From Hyphomicrobiales bacterium (lineage in GTDB: Bacteria; Pseudomonadota; Alphaproteobacteria; Rhizobiales; Beijerinckiaceae): 64,000 nucleotides of DNA. Location: assembly GCA_016716745.1 (NCBI GenBank), contig JADJVD010000006.1, positions 53,840 through 117,839 of the forward strand, read 5' to 3'. Under the pieces are notes generated by a model that was not told the DNA's origin, searched no databases, and was given only the letters and a program-made list of their open reading frames with translations. Positions 49,265-59,915 of the stretch are shown here, in pieces; position 1 is the stretch's first letter, and every line of letters begins with the position of its first letter. The position numbers and the translations under genes were made by a program.

Positions 49265-50845
49265 GTGGCGTACGCGCGTATCATGAGTGAAGTCACAGCC
49301 GAAATGATCGAGCGCGGTCGGGGAGCCGATCCCGCAGCCGCCGTGCAGCGACGCCGGCAGGCGCAGAAGCTGCGCGAGATGCGCGGCCGGCTGACCGCAG
49401 GCGGCTCGATTCCCAACGCCTTCGAAATCGAACTGATGCGGCTGTTCGCGCACAGCCGCCGCAGCGCGACGCCGGTCGTTGCGGTGCTGGTCGTCGCCAT
49501 CGGGCTGACGGCCTCGCTCTGGGTGCCGTGGCTGTATGTCAGCCTCTGGGTGTCGCTGCTGTTCGTGTCTCTGGCGCTGAGCTTCTGGTTCGCCGCCACC
49601 TATCTCGTCGCCGACGACGCGGAGACGGACGCGCAGGGCTGGCGGCGCAAATTCGCTCTCGCCGAGGCCATTCAGGGCGTCGTCTGGGCGATGGTGGTGG
49701 CGTTGCTGTTGCCGGTGCAGGATCCGGCGGCGCGCACCTTCGTCCTGTTCGTGCTGCTGCTCGTCGCCGCGATGACGGCGATGATCTCGTCGACCATTCC
49801 CATCGCCGTCTATTGCGGCCTGATGCCGATCACCGTCGCGCTGATCGCCTATGCGGCGCCGACCGGCGGTTACGACACCATCATGCTGACCGTGCTGGCG
49901 GTCGGCGCGCAGCTCTATTTCGTCGTTCTCTCCAACCGGCTCTATTCGAGTTCGCTCGAGGGTCTCTCCTTCCGGCAGGAGAAGGACGCGCTGATCGCCG
50001 AACTCGAACAGGCGAAAGCGAACTCCGACGAGGCGCGCCGCCGCGCCGAGGAGGCCAATCTCGCCAAGTCGCGGTTCCTCGCCACGATGAGCCACGAGTT
50101 GCGCACGCCGCTCAACGCGATTCTCGGCTTTTCGGAAGTGATGAAGAACGAGCTGTTCGGCGCCCATGCGGTGCCGGCCTATCGCGAATACGCCGGCGAC
50201 ATCCACAATTCCGGGCAGCATCTGCTGATGCTGATCAACGAGATCCTCGATCTGTCGCGCGTCGAGGCCGGCCGCTACGAACTGAAGGACGAGACGGTCA
50301 ATCTCGCTTATGTCGTCGAGGACTGCCAGCATCTGCTGGCGATGCGCGCCAGGACGAAGAACATCTCGGTCGCCGTGTCGATTGCGCCCGACCTGCCGCG
50401 CGTGTGGGCGGACGAGCGCGCGATGCGCCAGATCACGCTGAACCTGTTGTCCAACGCGATCAAGTTCACGCCGCAGGGCGGTTCGGTGACGGTCAAGGTC
50501 GGATGGACGGGCTCCGGCGGCCAGTATGTTTCGGTGCGCGACACCGGGCCGGGCATTCCCGAAGAGGAGATTCCGATCGTCCTGTCCTCCTTCGGTCGCG
50601 GCAGCATGGCGCTGAAGCAGGCGGAGGAGGGCACAGGGCTCGGCCTGCCCATCGTCAAAGGCCTCGTCGAACTGCATGGCGGCGCCTTCATCCTGCGCTC
50701 GAAAGTCCGCGAGGGAACCAACGCGACCTTCGTGCTGCCGCCCGAGCGCGTGATGGACGCGCTGCCGAAAATCACGATGGACGCCGCCGGCCGGTCGACA
50801 GACGCGCATCAGCCCGATCCCCGGCAGGCCTCCCGCGCCGCCTGA
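49265..50845 (+). CDS. membrane sensor histidine kinase (HisKA + HATPase_c), with no adjacent response regulator
   Basis: 526 aa (GTG start; ATG 49283 is an alternative). It has several TM helices, the H-box FLATMSHELRTPLNAILGF, an N-box LLSNAIKFT and a G-box GTGLGLPIV. Confidence 0.9.
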   Translation: MAYARIMSEVTAEMIERGRGADPAAAVQRRRQAQKLREMRGRLTAGGSIPNAFEIELMRLFAHSRRSATPVVAVLVVAIGLTASLWVPWLYVSLWVSLLFVSLALSFWFAATYLVADDAETDAQGWRRKFALAEAIQGVVWAMVVALLLPVQDPAARTFVLFVLLLVAAMTAMISSTIPIAVYCGLMPITVALIAYAAPTGGYDTIMLTVLAVGAQLYFVVLSNRLYSSSLEGLSFRQEKDALIAELEQAKANSDEARRRAEEANLAKSRFLATMSHELRTPLNAILGFSEVMKNELFGAHAVPAYREYAGDIHNSGQHLLMLINEILDLSRVEAGRYELKDETVNLAYVVEDCQHLLAMRARTKNISVAVSIAPDLPRVWADERAMRQITLNLLSNAIKFTPQGGSVTVKVGWTGSGGQYVSVRDTGPGIPEEEIPIVLSSFGRGSMALKQAEEGTGLGLPIVKGLVELHGGAFILRSKVREGTNATFVLPPERVMDALPKITMDAAGRSTDAHQPDPRQASRAA

Positions 50846-50903
50846 ACGGCGAACTGGACAGATCGCGGCGCGGCGGCCACCCTCCCGCAAGGGAGGACGC
50901 CAC

Positions 50904-52424
50904 ATGCGTTTCGTTCGAGGCCTCGGGCCCGGTCTCGCGCTCGTCGTCGGTCTGGCGATGGCCGCGCTCGCACAGGCGCCCGCCGATCATCCTCCCGCCG
51001 CGCGCGGGCAGGGGCGCGAGCGTCCTGTCGCGGAGAAATCCGTCGGCGCCCGCCTGCCGGAGGATCGCGAGACGCGGCACGAACTGGCGCTGCCGGGCCG
51101 TTCGCTCGCCTTCGCCGCCGTCGCCGGCTCGATCGCGCTGACCAATCCGCAAGGCGCGCCGCAACTCGAGATCGCCTATACCTACTACCGTCGCGAGCCC
51201 TCGCAGCCGAACCGGCCGCTGGTGTTCGCCTTCAACGGCGGGCCGGGCTCGGCCTCCGCCTGGCTGCATCTGGGCGCCCTCGGGCCGTGGCGGCTCGACA
51301 TGACGGGCGCCGCGCTCGGCCCCTCGGCGCCGCCCCTGCTCGTTCCCAACGCCGAGACCTGGCTCGATTTCGCCGATCTCGTCTTCATCGATCCGCCGGG
51401 AACCGGCTTCAGCCGCTTCGTCGCGGAAGGCGACGACCTTCGCCGCACCGCCTTTTCCGTCGACGGCGACATCGAGTTGCTCGGCGCCTTCGTCCGTCGC
51501 TTCCTCGATCGGACGGACAGGCGCGCCGCGCCGAAATTCATCGTCGGCGAGAGCTATGGCGGCTTCCGCGGGCCGTTGCTGGCGCGACGGCTGCAATCGC
51601 ATGAGGGGATCGGCGTCGACGGTCTGGTCCTCGTCTCGCCGGCGCTCGATTTCCGCCGCGCTCCGGCGATGGCGACGCCTGTGGCGGACGCCGCGCGTCT
51701 GCCCTCCTTCGCCGCCGTGGCGCTGGAGGCGCGCGGCGCGTTCGGCCCCGAGGCGATGGCCGCGGCCGAGGCCTACGCGGGCGGCGAGTATCTGACCGAC
51801 CTGATGCGCGGCCCGCGCGACGCGCAGGCTGTCGCGCGCGTCGCCGAGCGTGTGGCGGCGCTGACCGGGCTCGACCGCGAGACGGTGCGCCGCCTCGCCG
51901 GACGCGTCGACGTCGGAACCTTCCGGCGCGAATTCGGCCGCGCCGACGGCCGCGTCGCCAGCGCCTATGACGGCGCCGTTTCGGGCGCCGATCCGTTCCC
52001 GTCGTCGGCGCACGGGAATTTCGAGGATCCGTTCAGCGACGCGGTGGCCGCGCCGCTGACCTCCGCCGTCGTGACGCTGACGCGCGCGACGCTCGGCTGG
52101 AAGCCGGACGGCGCCTACCGGCTCTCCAATCCGGAGGTCAACCAGGCCTGGAACTGGGCGCGCGGCCGCGACCGTTCGGAGGCGTTGTCGGCGCTGGCGC
52201 AGGCGCTCGCGCTCGATCCGCGACTGCGCGTGCTGATCGCGCATGGATACACCGATCTGGTGACGCCGTATTTCGCCACCGCGCTCGCGCTGCGCCAGAT
52301 GCCGGGCGCCGGCGCCGAGCGCATCCGGCTTGGCCTCTTTTCGGGCGGCCATATGTTTTACGCCCGCGCCGCCTCGCGCGTCGATTTTCGCGCGCAGGCG
52401 CGCGCGCTCGTCGCCGGCGAGTAG
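50904..52424 (+). CDS. secreted S10-family serine carboxypeptidase-like protein
   Basis: 506 aa with a signal peptide. Motifs present are FNGGPGSASAWLHLGALGP, FIDPPGTGFS and GESYGG. Confidence 0.8.
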   Translation: MRFVRGLGPGLALVVGLAMAALAQAPADHPPAARGQGRERPVAEKSVGARLPEDRETRHELALPGRSLAFAAVAGSIALTNPQGAPQLEIAYTYYRREPSQPNRPLVFAFNGGPGSASAWLHLGALGPWRLDMTGAALGPSAPPLLVPNAETWLDFADLVFIDPPGTGFSRFVAEGDDLRRTAFSVDGDIELLGAFVRRFLDRTDRRAAPKFIVGESYGGFRGPLLARRLQSHEGIGVDGLVLVSPALDFRRAPAMATPVADAARLPSFAAVALEARGAFGPEAMAAAEAYAGGEYLTDLMRGPRDAQAVARVAERVAALTGLDRETVRRLAGRVDVGTFRREFGRADGRVASAYDGAVSGADPFPSSAHGNFEDPFSDAVAAPLTSAVVTLTRATLGWKPDGAYRLSNPEVNQAWNWARGRDRSEALSALAQALALDPRLRVLIAHGYTDLVTPYFATALALRQMPGAGAERIRLGLFSGGHMFYARAASRVDFRAQARALVAGE

Positions 52425-52549
52425 TCGCTCGCGCAAGTCGGAACTTGTCTGCGCACGACGAGGAACGCGCCGTCTTTCGCGCCTGCGCGGCCGTCGATGA
52501 ACACATTCGCCTCCGCCGCCGCCCCGAGGCGACGGCGCGTCGAGGCGGT

Positions 52550-53572
52550 CTAGCCGCGCTTCGTCGCGACGCCCGCTTGCGCGAAGGTCGCCATGCCCGC
52601 GTGACAGGCGACGGCCGCCTTCACCACGCCGAGCGCCAGCGCTGCGCCGGACCCTTCGCCGAGGCGCATGTTGAGATCGAGCAGCGGCGGCTTGCCGATG
52701 CGCCGCAGCGCCTCCCCATGCGCGCCCTCCGGCGAGCGATGGCCGGCGACGCAATGATCGAGCGCGGCCGGATCGAGCGCGTGCAGGATCGCGGCGGCGG
52801 CGGTGGCGACGTAGCCGTCGAGGATGACGGGAATGCGCGCCAGCCGCGCGGCGAGGATCGCGCCGACCATCGCCGCGATCTCGCGCCCGCCGAGCCGGCG
52901 CAGGACCTCGAGCGGGTCTTTCAGGTGAGCCTTGTGCAGGGCGACGGCCGCCTCCACCGCCGCGATCTTGCGTTTCAGCCCGGCGTCGTCCACGCCGGCG
53001 CCGCGCCCGACCCAGTGCGAGGCCTCGCCGCCGAAGAGCGCGACATAGATCGCCGCCGCCGGCGTCGTGTTGGCGATGCCCATCTCGCCGACGCAGAGCA
53101 CGTCGCAGCCGGCCGCGATCGCCTCCATGCCGAAGGCGATCGTCGCCGCGCAGGCCGCCTCGTCCATCGCCGCGTCCTGCGTGATGTCCTTCGTCGGCAG
53201 CTCGAGCGCCAGCTCGAACACGCGCAGCCCCGCGCCGAAGGTTTCGCAGATCTGGTTGATCGCCGCCCCGCCATTGCGGAAGTTTGCGACCATCGCGGCG
53301 GTGACGGAGGACGGATAGGCCGAGACGCCCTGCGCGGCGACGCCGTGATTGCCGGCGAAGATGGCGACCAGCGGCCGCTCGCAGGTCGGCGGCGTTTTGG
53401 ATTGCCAGGCCGCCAGCCACACCGCGATGTCCTCGAGCCGGCCGAGCGAGCCGGCGGGTTTGGTCAGCTCCGCGTCGCGCCGCGCCACCGCCTCGGCGGC
53501 GACGCGGTCGGCCTCCGGCATCAGCGGCAGCAGGCGGCGAATGTCGTCGAAGGGCAGGCCGGTCTCGCGCAT
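52550..53572 (-). CDS. cobT: nicotinate-nucleotide--dimethylbenzimidazole phosphoribosyltransferase
   Basis: ORF 52550..53662 trimmed to MRETGLPFDDIRRLL. KPAGSLGRLEDIA, GEMGIANTT and LGEGSGAALA are CobT signatures. Confidence 0.9.
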   Translation of the reverse strand: MRETGLPFDDIRRLLPLMPEADRVAAEAVARRDAELTKPAGSLGRLEDIAVWLAAWQSKTPPTCERPLVAIFAGNHGVAAQGVSAYPSSVTAAMVANFRNGGAAINQICETFGAGLRVFELALELPTKDITQDAAMDEAACAATIAFGMEAIAAGCDVLCVGEMGIANTTPAAAIYVALFGGEASHWVGRGAGVDDAGLKRKIAAVEAAVALHKAHLKDPLEVLRRLGGREIAAMVGAILAARLARIPVILDGYVATAAAAILHALDPAALDHCVAGHRSPEGAHGEALRRIGKPPLLDLNMRLGEGSGAALALGVVKAAVACHAGMATFAQAGVATKRG

Positions 53573-53639
53573 CGCGTCTCTCGAAATGAAAAGCCCCGGA
53601 CGCATCGCTGCGTCCGGGGCGAACGATCGGCTCGGCCGA

Positions 53640-55409
53640 TCAGAACTTGAGCGCCGGCGCATCCTCGACGCCCGGCGAGGGCAGCGTGTTCAATTGCTCC
53701 ATCGCCTTGGCCGGGTCAATCGTCGGCTTGGGCGGCTTCTTGCTGATGACCATGCCGGGCAGCATCATCACCAGCGCCACCATGATGACCTGGATGATCA
53801 CGAAGGGCACCGCCCCCCAGTAGATCTGGCCGGTGGTGACGCCGTCCATGCGCTTGCCGGTCACGCGGTCGACATAGCTGCCGCGCGGGGCGACGGAGCG
53901 CAGGTAGAACAGCGCAAAGCCGAACGGAGGATGCATGAAGCTCGTCTGCATGTTCACGCCGAGCATGATGCCGAACCAGATGATCAGCGTCTTGGCGATT
54001 TCCTCCGGCGTCGTCAGGTTGAAGCCCGCCGCGATGGCGAGCGCCGACGGGTCGGTCTTGAACATCGCCTCCGCCGCCGGCCGGATCAGCGGCACGATGA
54101 TGAAGGCGAGCTCGAAGAAATCGAGGAAGAAGGCGAGCAGGAACACCGCCAGGTTGACGACGATCAGGAAGCCGTAGAGGCCGCCCGGCAGCGAGCGCAG
54201 ATGCTCCTCCACCCACACATGCCCGTTCACCCCGTAGAAGGTGAGCGAGAAGATGCGCGCGCCGATCAGGATGAAGATGACGAAGGCCGAGAGCTTGGCC
54301 GTCGACTCCACCGCCTGACGGACGATGGTGAAGTTGAAGCGGTTCGGATTGTTGTCGATGTAGCGCTTGGTGGCCGCCAGCAGCAGCGCGCCGGCCGCGC
54401 CCATCGCGCCGCCTTCGGTCGGCGTGGCGAGGCCGAGGAAGATGGTGCCGAGCACGAGGAAGATCAGCAGCAGCGGCGGCACCATGACGAAGGTCACCTG
54501 CTGGGCGAGGCGCGACAGCAGGCGCACGCCGGTCGCCTTCGCCAGGATCCAGTTGAGGATCGCGATGGCGAGCGAAACGGCCGTGCCGACCGACATGCAC
54601 AGGATGACGAAATCGGCTTCCTTGTAGCTGGTGCGGCTCATCACCCAGTAGCCGATGAAGCCCGAGATCAGCACCAGCGCCAGCAGCGAGAGGAGGCCGC
54701 GCGAGCCGTTGTCCTCGCGATAGGCGATGGCGTCGGCCGGCAGGCCGGGCGCCGCCTTCGGGTCGATCATCGAAACGATGAAGACGTAGCCCGCATACAT
54801 TGCCGACAACACGAGGCCCGGCACGAAGGCGCCGCCATACATCGAGCCGACGTCGGCGCCGAGCTGGTCGGCCAGCACGATCAGCACCAGCGAGGGCGGG
54901 ATGATCTGCGCCAGCGTGCCGGAGGCGGCGATGACGCCCGAGGCCACGCGCCGGTCGTAGCCGTAGCGCAGCATGATCGGCAGCGAGATCAGGCCCATCG
55001 AGATGACGGAGGCCGCCACCACGCCCGTCGTCGCGGCCAGCAGCGCGCCGACGAAGATCACCGCATAGGCGAGGCCGCCGCGCAGCGTGCCGAACAGCTG
55101 GCCGATCGTGTCGAGCAGATCCTCAGCCATGCCGGAGCGTTCGAGAATGAGCCCCATGAAGGTGAAGAATGGAATCGCCAGCAGAACGTCGTTGTTCATC
55201 ACGCCGTAGAGGCGTTCGGGCAGCGATTGCAGCAGCGGCCAGTCGAGGTTGATGACCTGCGGGGCGAGCGGCGCCAGCTCGACGCCGATGAGGAAGAACA
55301 GCAAGCCGCAGGCGCCGAGCGAGAAGGCGACCGGATAGCCGAGCAACAGGAAGACGATGAGCGCCCCGAACATGATCGGCGCGAGGTTGTGGGCGATGAA
55401 GGCGGCCAT
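53640..55409 (-). CDS. dctM: TRAP transporter large permease
   Basis: ORF 53640..55550 trimmed to MAAFIAHNLAPIMFGALIVFLLLGYP (GGAG upstream). It is a 589-aa polytopic protein with the DctM pattern. Confidence 0.9.
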   Translation of the reverse strand: MAAFIAHNLAPIMFGALIVFLLLGYPVAFSLGACGLLFFLIGVELAPLAPQVINLDWPLLQSLPERLYGVMNNDVLLAIPFFTFMGLILERSGMAEDLLDTIGQLFGTLRGGLAYAVIFVGALLAATTGVVAASVISMGLISLPIMLRYGYDRRVASGVIAASGTLAQIIPPSLVLIVLADQLGADVGSMYGGAFVPGLVLSAMYAGYVFIVSMIDPKAAPGLPADAIAYREDNGSRGLLSLLALVLISGFIGYWVMSRTSYKEADFVILCMSVGTAVSLAIAILNWILAKATGVRLLSRLAQQVTFVMVPPLLLIFLVLGTIFLGLATPTEGGAMGAAGALLLAATKRYIDNNPNRFNFTIVRQAVESTAKLSAFVIFILIGARIFSLTFYGVNGHVWVEEHLRSLPGGLYGFLIVVNLAVFLLAFFLDFFELAFIIVPLIRPAAEAMFKTDPSALAIAAGFNLTTPEEIAKTLIIWFGIMLGVNMQTSFMHPPFGFALFYLRSVAPRGSYVDRVTGKRMDGVTTGQIYWGAVPFVIIQVIMVALVMMLPGMVISKKPPKPTIDPAKAMEQLNTLPSPGVEDAPALKF

Positions 55410-55461
55410 GTCGGCTCCGGATCGAATTCGGGTCGCGGTGGGGCGAAGAGGGGGACGGAAA

Positions 55462-56079
55462 TCAGGGCTTGGCGGGCGGCTCGCCGGCGAGCGCGGCTTC
55501 GGCCTTCGCTGCCTCCAGGATGCGCAGCGCCTCGGCCTCGGCCGCCGCATGGTGGCCGCCGCCGAGATTGTCCTCCATCAGCCCTTGCATGATGGCGATG
55601 CGCTTGATGATTTCCGAAACGCCCTGCAACAGCAGCAGCGCGAACCCGATCGGGATCAGGATTTTCGCCGGCCACACGATGAGACCGCCGGCGTTGGGCG
55701 AAATCTCGCCGGACTGGAACGACTTCTGCGCGAAGACGGCGCCGTAGTAGAACATCACGCCGGACACGATCATCAGGAAGAAGATGTGGCCGAGCAGTTC
55801 GATCCAGTCGCGCACGCGCTTCGACAGGCGCGCGTTCACGATGTCGATGCGGATGTGCTCCTGCTGCTGCAAGGTCCACGGCGCGACGAGGAGGAAGGTC
55901 GCGCTGAACAGATACCATTGCAGCTCGAGCCAGGCGTTCGAGCTGGAGCTGACCAGATAACGGATGGTCGCATTGCCCGCCGAGACGAGGACGGCGACGA
56001 GGATGAGCCAGCTCATCAATTTGCCGATGCGCGTGGTGAAGGCGTCGATGAGGCTGCTGAGGTTCAGAAGTCCCGACAC
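55462..56079 (-). CDS. dctQ: TRAP transporter small permease
   Basis: 205 aa with four hydrophobic helices, immediately upstream of dctM. Confidence 0.85.
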   Translation of the reverse strand: MSGLLNLSSLIDAFTTRIGKLMSWLILVAVLVSAGNATIRYLVSSSSNAWLELQWYLFSATFLLVAPWTLQQQEHIRIDIVNARLSKRVRDWIELLGHIFFLMIVSGVMFYYGAVFAQKSFQSGEISPNAGGLIVWPAKILIPIGFALLLLQGVSEIIKRIAIMQGLMEDNLGGGHHAAAEAEALRILEAAKAEAALAGEPPAKP

Positions 56080-56156
56080 TGGCGTTCGCCCCCGAAAATG
56101 AAACGCGCCCTCTCTCGTGGGGGCTTTCGCTTCTTACATGGCAGCCATGCGTTCGC

Positions 56157-57080
56157 CTAGACCCCTTCATTGCGTGCGGCGCGGCGGCGCAGACGCTCGC
56201 GATGAAGGGTGTAAAGCCCTGATCCGACGATCAGAAGAATGCCGAACAGGGCCGAGGCGCCGGGCCGCTCGCCGAAGCCGAGCCAGCCGAACAGCAGGGC
56301 GAATGGGATCACCGTGTAGCGGAACGGCGACACCACCGAGATTTCCCCCGCCCGGAAGGCGCGGATGATCATCAGATTGCCGATCGTCGTCAGGCAGGCG
56401 GCGGCCGCCGTCAGCCCGTAATCGGCGAGGGCGGGCGCCCGCCATTCCTCCCCGAGCCCAAGCGCCAGCCCGCCGAGGCCGGCGGCGAGCGTCGAGGCGA
56501 GCGTCGCCGCGCCCGTCGTCACGTCGGCGGGGAGATAGCGCGTGACGATGTCGCGGATCGCCACGAACAGCGCCACCGCGACGCCGGCGAACACCCACGG
56601 ATTGAGTTCGCCCGCCTGCGGCCGCGCGACGAAAACGACGCCGACGAAGCCGACGAGCGTCGCCGTCCAGCGTCGCCAGCCCACCTGCTCCTTGAGGAAC
56701 AGCGCGGCGATGGCGGTCATGAGGATAGGCGTCGTCTGCGTGATCGTCGTCAGGTCGCCAAGGGTCAGCTTGCCCAGCGAGGAGACGAAGATGACGACGA
56801 CGCAGGCCTCGAGGCTCGCGCGCAGCAGCACGACCGGCCGGCCAAGGCGCAGCACGCCGCGCATCTCGCCGCGCAGGTGCAGCATGCCGAGCACCAGCGC
56901 GAGGGCGAACACCGCGCGCACCGAGATCACCTCGCCCGTCGGCAGGCGGGCGGTGGTGAACTTCATCACCATGTCGCCGAGACTGAAGAACGCCACCGCC
57001 GACACCATCGAGACGATGGCGACGCGATTGGCGGACGGGCCGCCCTGCGGCGCGGCGGTGTCGTCGGAAGGCGCGCGCAT
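56157..57080 (-). CDS. DMT-superfamily (EamA-like) transporter
   Basis: About 10 TM helices with two EamA-like halves. The first ATG is at 57080; the track ORF extends to a TTG at 57164. Confidence 0.8.
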   Translation of the reverse strand: MRAPSDDTAAPQGGPSANRVAIVSMVSAVAFFSLGDMVMKFTTARLPTGEVISVRAVFALALVLGMLHLRGEMRGVLRLGRPVVLLRASLEACVVVIFVSSLGKLTLGDLTTITQTTPILMTAIAALFLKEQVGWRRWTATLVGFVGVVFVARPQAGELNPWVFAGVAVALFVAIRDIVTRYLPADVTTGAATLASTLAAGLGGLALGLGEEWRAPALADYGLTAAAACLTTIGNLMIIRAFRAGEISVVSPFRYTVIPFALLFGWLGFGERPGASALFGILLIVGSGLYTLHRERLRRRAARNEGV

Positions 57081-57182
57081 GGGGCGGGGCGGTGTCGCGT
57101 CGAAGGAGGGGCCGGCCCGCTCGGCGGGCGCGTTGTTCTTGGGCGAGGCGCGCGGCCGCGGCAAGAGGCCGCGGCGCAGACC

Positions 57183-58205
57183 TCACCCGCCCGTCACGCT
57201 CATGTGGCGTCCGACGGCGGGCCGCGCGGTGGCGCGGTCGATCACGAAATCGTGTCCCTTCGGCTTGCGCGCGATGGCCCTTGCGATCGCGGCCTGCAGC
57301 AGATCGTCGTCGGCCGAGGCGCGCAGCGGCGCGCGCAGATCGGCCGCGTCCTCCTGGCCGAGGCACATGTAGAGCGTGCCGGTGCAGGTGACGCGCACGC
57401 GGTTGCAGCTCTCGCAGAAATTATGCGTCATCGGCGTGATGAAGCCGATCCGCCCGCCCGTCTCGGCGACGCGCACATAACGCGCCGGCCCGCCCGAATT
57501 GTAGGGCGTGTCGGACAACGTGAACCGCTGCGCGAGGCGCGCGCGCACCTGCGAGAGCGGCAGATACTGGTCGGCGCGCTGCCCCTCGACCTCGCCGAGC
57601 GGCATCACCTCGATGAAGGTGATGTCCATGCCGCGCCCGTGCGACCACTCGATCAGGCGTTCGAACTCGTCGTCGTTGACGCCGGCGAGCGCGACGGCGT
57701 TGATCTTCACGGCAAGGCCAGCGGCCTGCGCCGCGTCGATGCCGCCGATCACCTTGTCGAGATCGCCCCAGCGCGTCACCGCGCGGAACTTCGCCGCGTC
57801 CAGCGTGTCGAGCGAGACGTTGACGCGCCGAACGCCGCAATCGACCAGCTCGGCCGCGTGCCTGGCCAGTTGCGAGCCGTTGGTCGTCACCGTCAGCTCG
57901 TCCATCGCGCCGGCGGCCAGATGCCGCGACAGCGAGCGGAACAGCGTCATGATGCCGCGACGCACCAGCGGCTCGCCGCCGGTGATGCGGATCTTGCGCG
58001 CGCCGCGCGCCACGAAAGCCGAGCACAGCCGGTCGAGCTCCTCGAGCGACAGCAGATCGGCCTTCGGCAGGAAGTGCATGTCTTCCGACATGCAGTAGAC
58101 GCAGCGGAAATCGCACCTGTCCGTCACCGACACGCGCAGGTAAGTGATTGCGCGGCCGAACGGATCGACAAGCGGATTGGCGCTGAGGTTCAAGGCCTTG
58201 GCCAT
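57183..58205 (-). CDS. moaA: GTP 3',8-cyclase (molybdenum cofactor biosynthesis protein A)
   Basis: Trimmed from ORF 57183..58847 to [39 protein letters not shown] (radical SAM CxxxCxxC). The C-terminal [14 protein letters not shown] is present. Length 340 aa. Confidence 0.95.
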   Translation of the reverse strand: MAKALNLSANPLVDPFGRAITYLRVSVTDRCDFRCVYCMSEDMHFLPKADLLSLEELDRLCSAFVARGARKIRITGGEPLVRRGIMTLFRSLSRHLAAGAMDELTVTTNGSQLARHAAELVDCGVRRVNVSLDTLDAAKFRAVTRWGDLDKVIGGIDAAQAAGLAVKINAVALAGVNDDEFERLIEWSHGRGMDITFIEVMPLGEVEGQRADQYLPLSQVRARLAQRFTLSDTPYNSGGPARYVRVAETGGRIGFITPMTHNFCESCNRVRVTCTGTLYMCLGQEDAADLRAPLRASADDDLLQAAIARAIARKPKGHDFVIDRATARPAVGRHMSVTGG

Positions 58206-58635
58206 GGTCCGTAAAGTCCCGTCCCGGATCGAACGTGTTTCGCCCCGCCCTCTATCATATAGGCGCCCTGAAGGCGAAATCGCCCCTTGCCGCAGGAAGG
58301 CGGACAACGCCGCGTCCCGGTGATGCGACGGTTCGGCGCGGCGACGCCTTATCGGCATTTCGCGGCAGGTCGCCGGAAAGGGCGCGCGCGCCTCCGCGCC
58401 GCGCAGGACGGCGAGCGCCGGCCGGCGCGGATCGGCCGCCGGATTGCCGAAGCGCGCGCCCGCGTCGCGTCCTCGCCGCCCGCGCCGACTGTCCGCTCCG
58501 CAGATCCGGCATGCGCGTCGCGCGGCGCGACGACGTCGTCCTTGTCCCGATGGCGCCAGCCCCCTATTGACGGCTCGAACGCGTTGGCGGGCGGACGGTT
58601 CGTACGCCGCGCGACGCGCATGACGGAGAACGGAT

Positions 58636-59007
58636 GTGAACGAGCCCTGGCCGACGGAATTGCGCCTGCGCGAGGGCGGCAGGACGCTGGCGATCGCCTT
58701 CGACGATGGCGCGCGCTTCGATCTGTCGGCCGAATATCTGCGCGTGACCAGCCCGTCGGCGGAAGTGCAGGGCCACAGCCCGGCCGAGCGCAAGACCGTG
58801 CCCGGCAAGCGCGACGTGCTGATCATCTCGGCGACGCCGGTCGGCAATTACGCCGTGCGCCTCGGCTTCGACGACATGCACGACACCGGCATCTTCAGCT
58901 GGACCTATCTGCGCGCGCTGGGCGCCGAGCGCGAGGCGCGCTGGGCCGACTATCTGGACGAACTCGCCGCCAAGGGCCTGACCCGCGATCCGCCGGCGCG
59001 GCGCTGA
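58636..59007 (+). CDS. DUF971 protein (gamma-butyrobetaine hydroxylase N-terminal-like)
   Basis: 123 aa with a GTG start. It has the typical pattern [26 protein letters not shown]...[23 protein letters not shown]. Confidence 0.75.
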   Translation: MNEPWPTELRLREGGRTLAIAFDDGARFDLSAEYLRVTSPSAEVQGHSPAERKTVPGKRDVLIISATPVGNYAVRLGFDDMHDTGIFSWTYLRALGAEREARWADYLDELAAKGLTRDPPARR

Positions 59008-59019
59008 GGGCGCGGCGAA

Positions 59020-59048
59020 CGAAAAAGGCCGGGGCGCGCGGCCCCGGC
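59020..59048 (-). terminator. rho-independent terminator after the L,D-transpeptidase gene
   Basis: GGCCGGGGC-GCGC-(G)GCCCCGGCC with a T-tract (TTTTTCG) on the minus strand. Confidence 0.65.
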
Positions 59049-59074
59049 CTCGAGCCTTCGACGGCGAGCCGCCG

Positions 59075-59659
59075 TCAGCGCATCACGACGACGCGCGTGC
59101 CGACGCGGACGCGATCGTAGAGATCGGTCACGTCCTCGTTGGTCATGCGGATGCAGCCCGACGAGACCGCCTGGCCGATCGTCTCCGGCTCGTTCGAGCC
59201 GTGGATGCGGTAGAGCGAGCCGCCGAGATACATGGCGCGCGCGCCGAGCGGGTTCTCGATGCCGCCGGCCATGTGGCGCGGCAGATCGGGACGGCGCTTG
59301 AGCATTTGCGGCGGCGGCGTCCAATCCGGCCACTCGCGCTTGGAGGTGATCGACTTGGAGCCCGACCATTCGAAGCCGGGCCGGCCGACGCCGACGCCGT
59401 AACGGATCGCCTGCCTGCCGGGCAGCACGTAATACAGCCGGCGCTCGCTCGTCGAGATGACGATGGTGCCGGGCGCCTGCGGGCCGGAGAAGGAGACGGT
59501 CTCGCGCGGAATCGCGCTCGCTTTCGGGCGCCCGTCCGACGTCGTGGGCGACGTCATCGGGCGGCGGGTGAGGATGTCGATGTCAAACGGGGCGGCGGCG
59601 GCGGGCAGCGCGGCAAGCGCAACCGCCGCGACGCCCAGCGCGGGCAGAAGACGACGCAT
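59075..59659 (-). CDS. L,D-transpeptidase (YkuD domain)
   Basis: 194 aa with a signal peptide and the catalytic motif YRIHGSNEPETIGQAVSSGCIRM. Confidence 0.9.
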   Translation of the reverse strand: MRRLLPALGVAAVALAALPAAAAPFDIDILTRRPMTSPTTSDGRPKASAIPRETVSFSGPQAPGTIVISTSERRLYYVLPGRQAIRYGVGVGRPGFEWSGSKSITSKREWPDWTPPPQMLKRRPDLPRHMAGGIENPLGARAMYLGGSLYRIHGSNEPETIGQAVSSGCIRMTNEDVTDLYDRVRVGTRVVVMR

Positions 59660-59915
59660 TCAGGATCCTCGCAGTCACAAAATCCACCGCGCCGGAGGGC
59701 GGTCCTGGCGCGGCGATTTTCCGTGTCTACGGCCAAAGCGTTACCGCTTCCATGCGCGACGGGCGCGGCTCACGCGGGTTTGACGGGGCGGCCGGCGTTT
59801 CGGAAGCCGGCGTGTCCTGCGCGCAACATGCCTCGTCATGCCCCGAATGCGGCGGACGCATGGCGCGGGGCGCGCGCCTGCGTCTATGGTCGCCCCCCAA
59901 CGGAAGCGAGACGAC

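Noticed and set aside
58206-58635. A 430-bp leader or intergenic region upstream of moaA was examined for a Moco riboswitch.
   Set aside because: GGAAAGG and GCCTCC-like strings occur, but on the wrong strand and in the wrong order relative to moaA. I cannot build the conserved Moco motif by eye. A covariance-model search would be needed.
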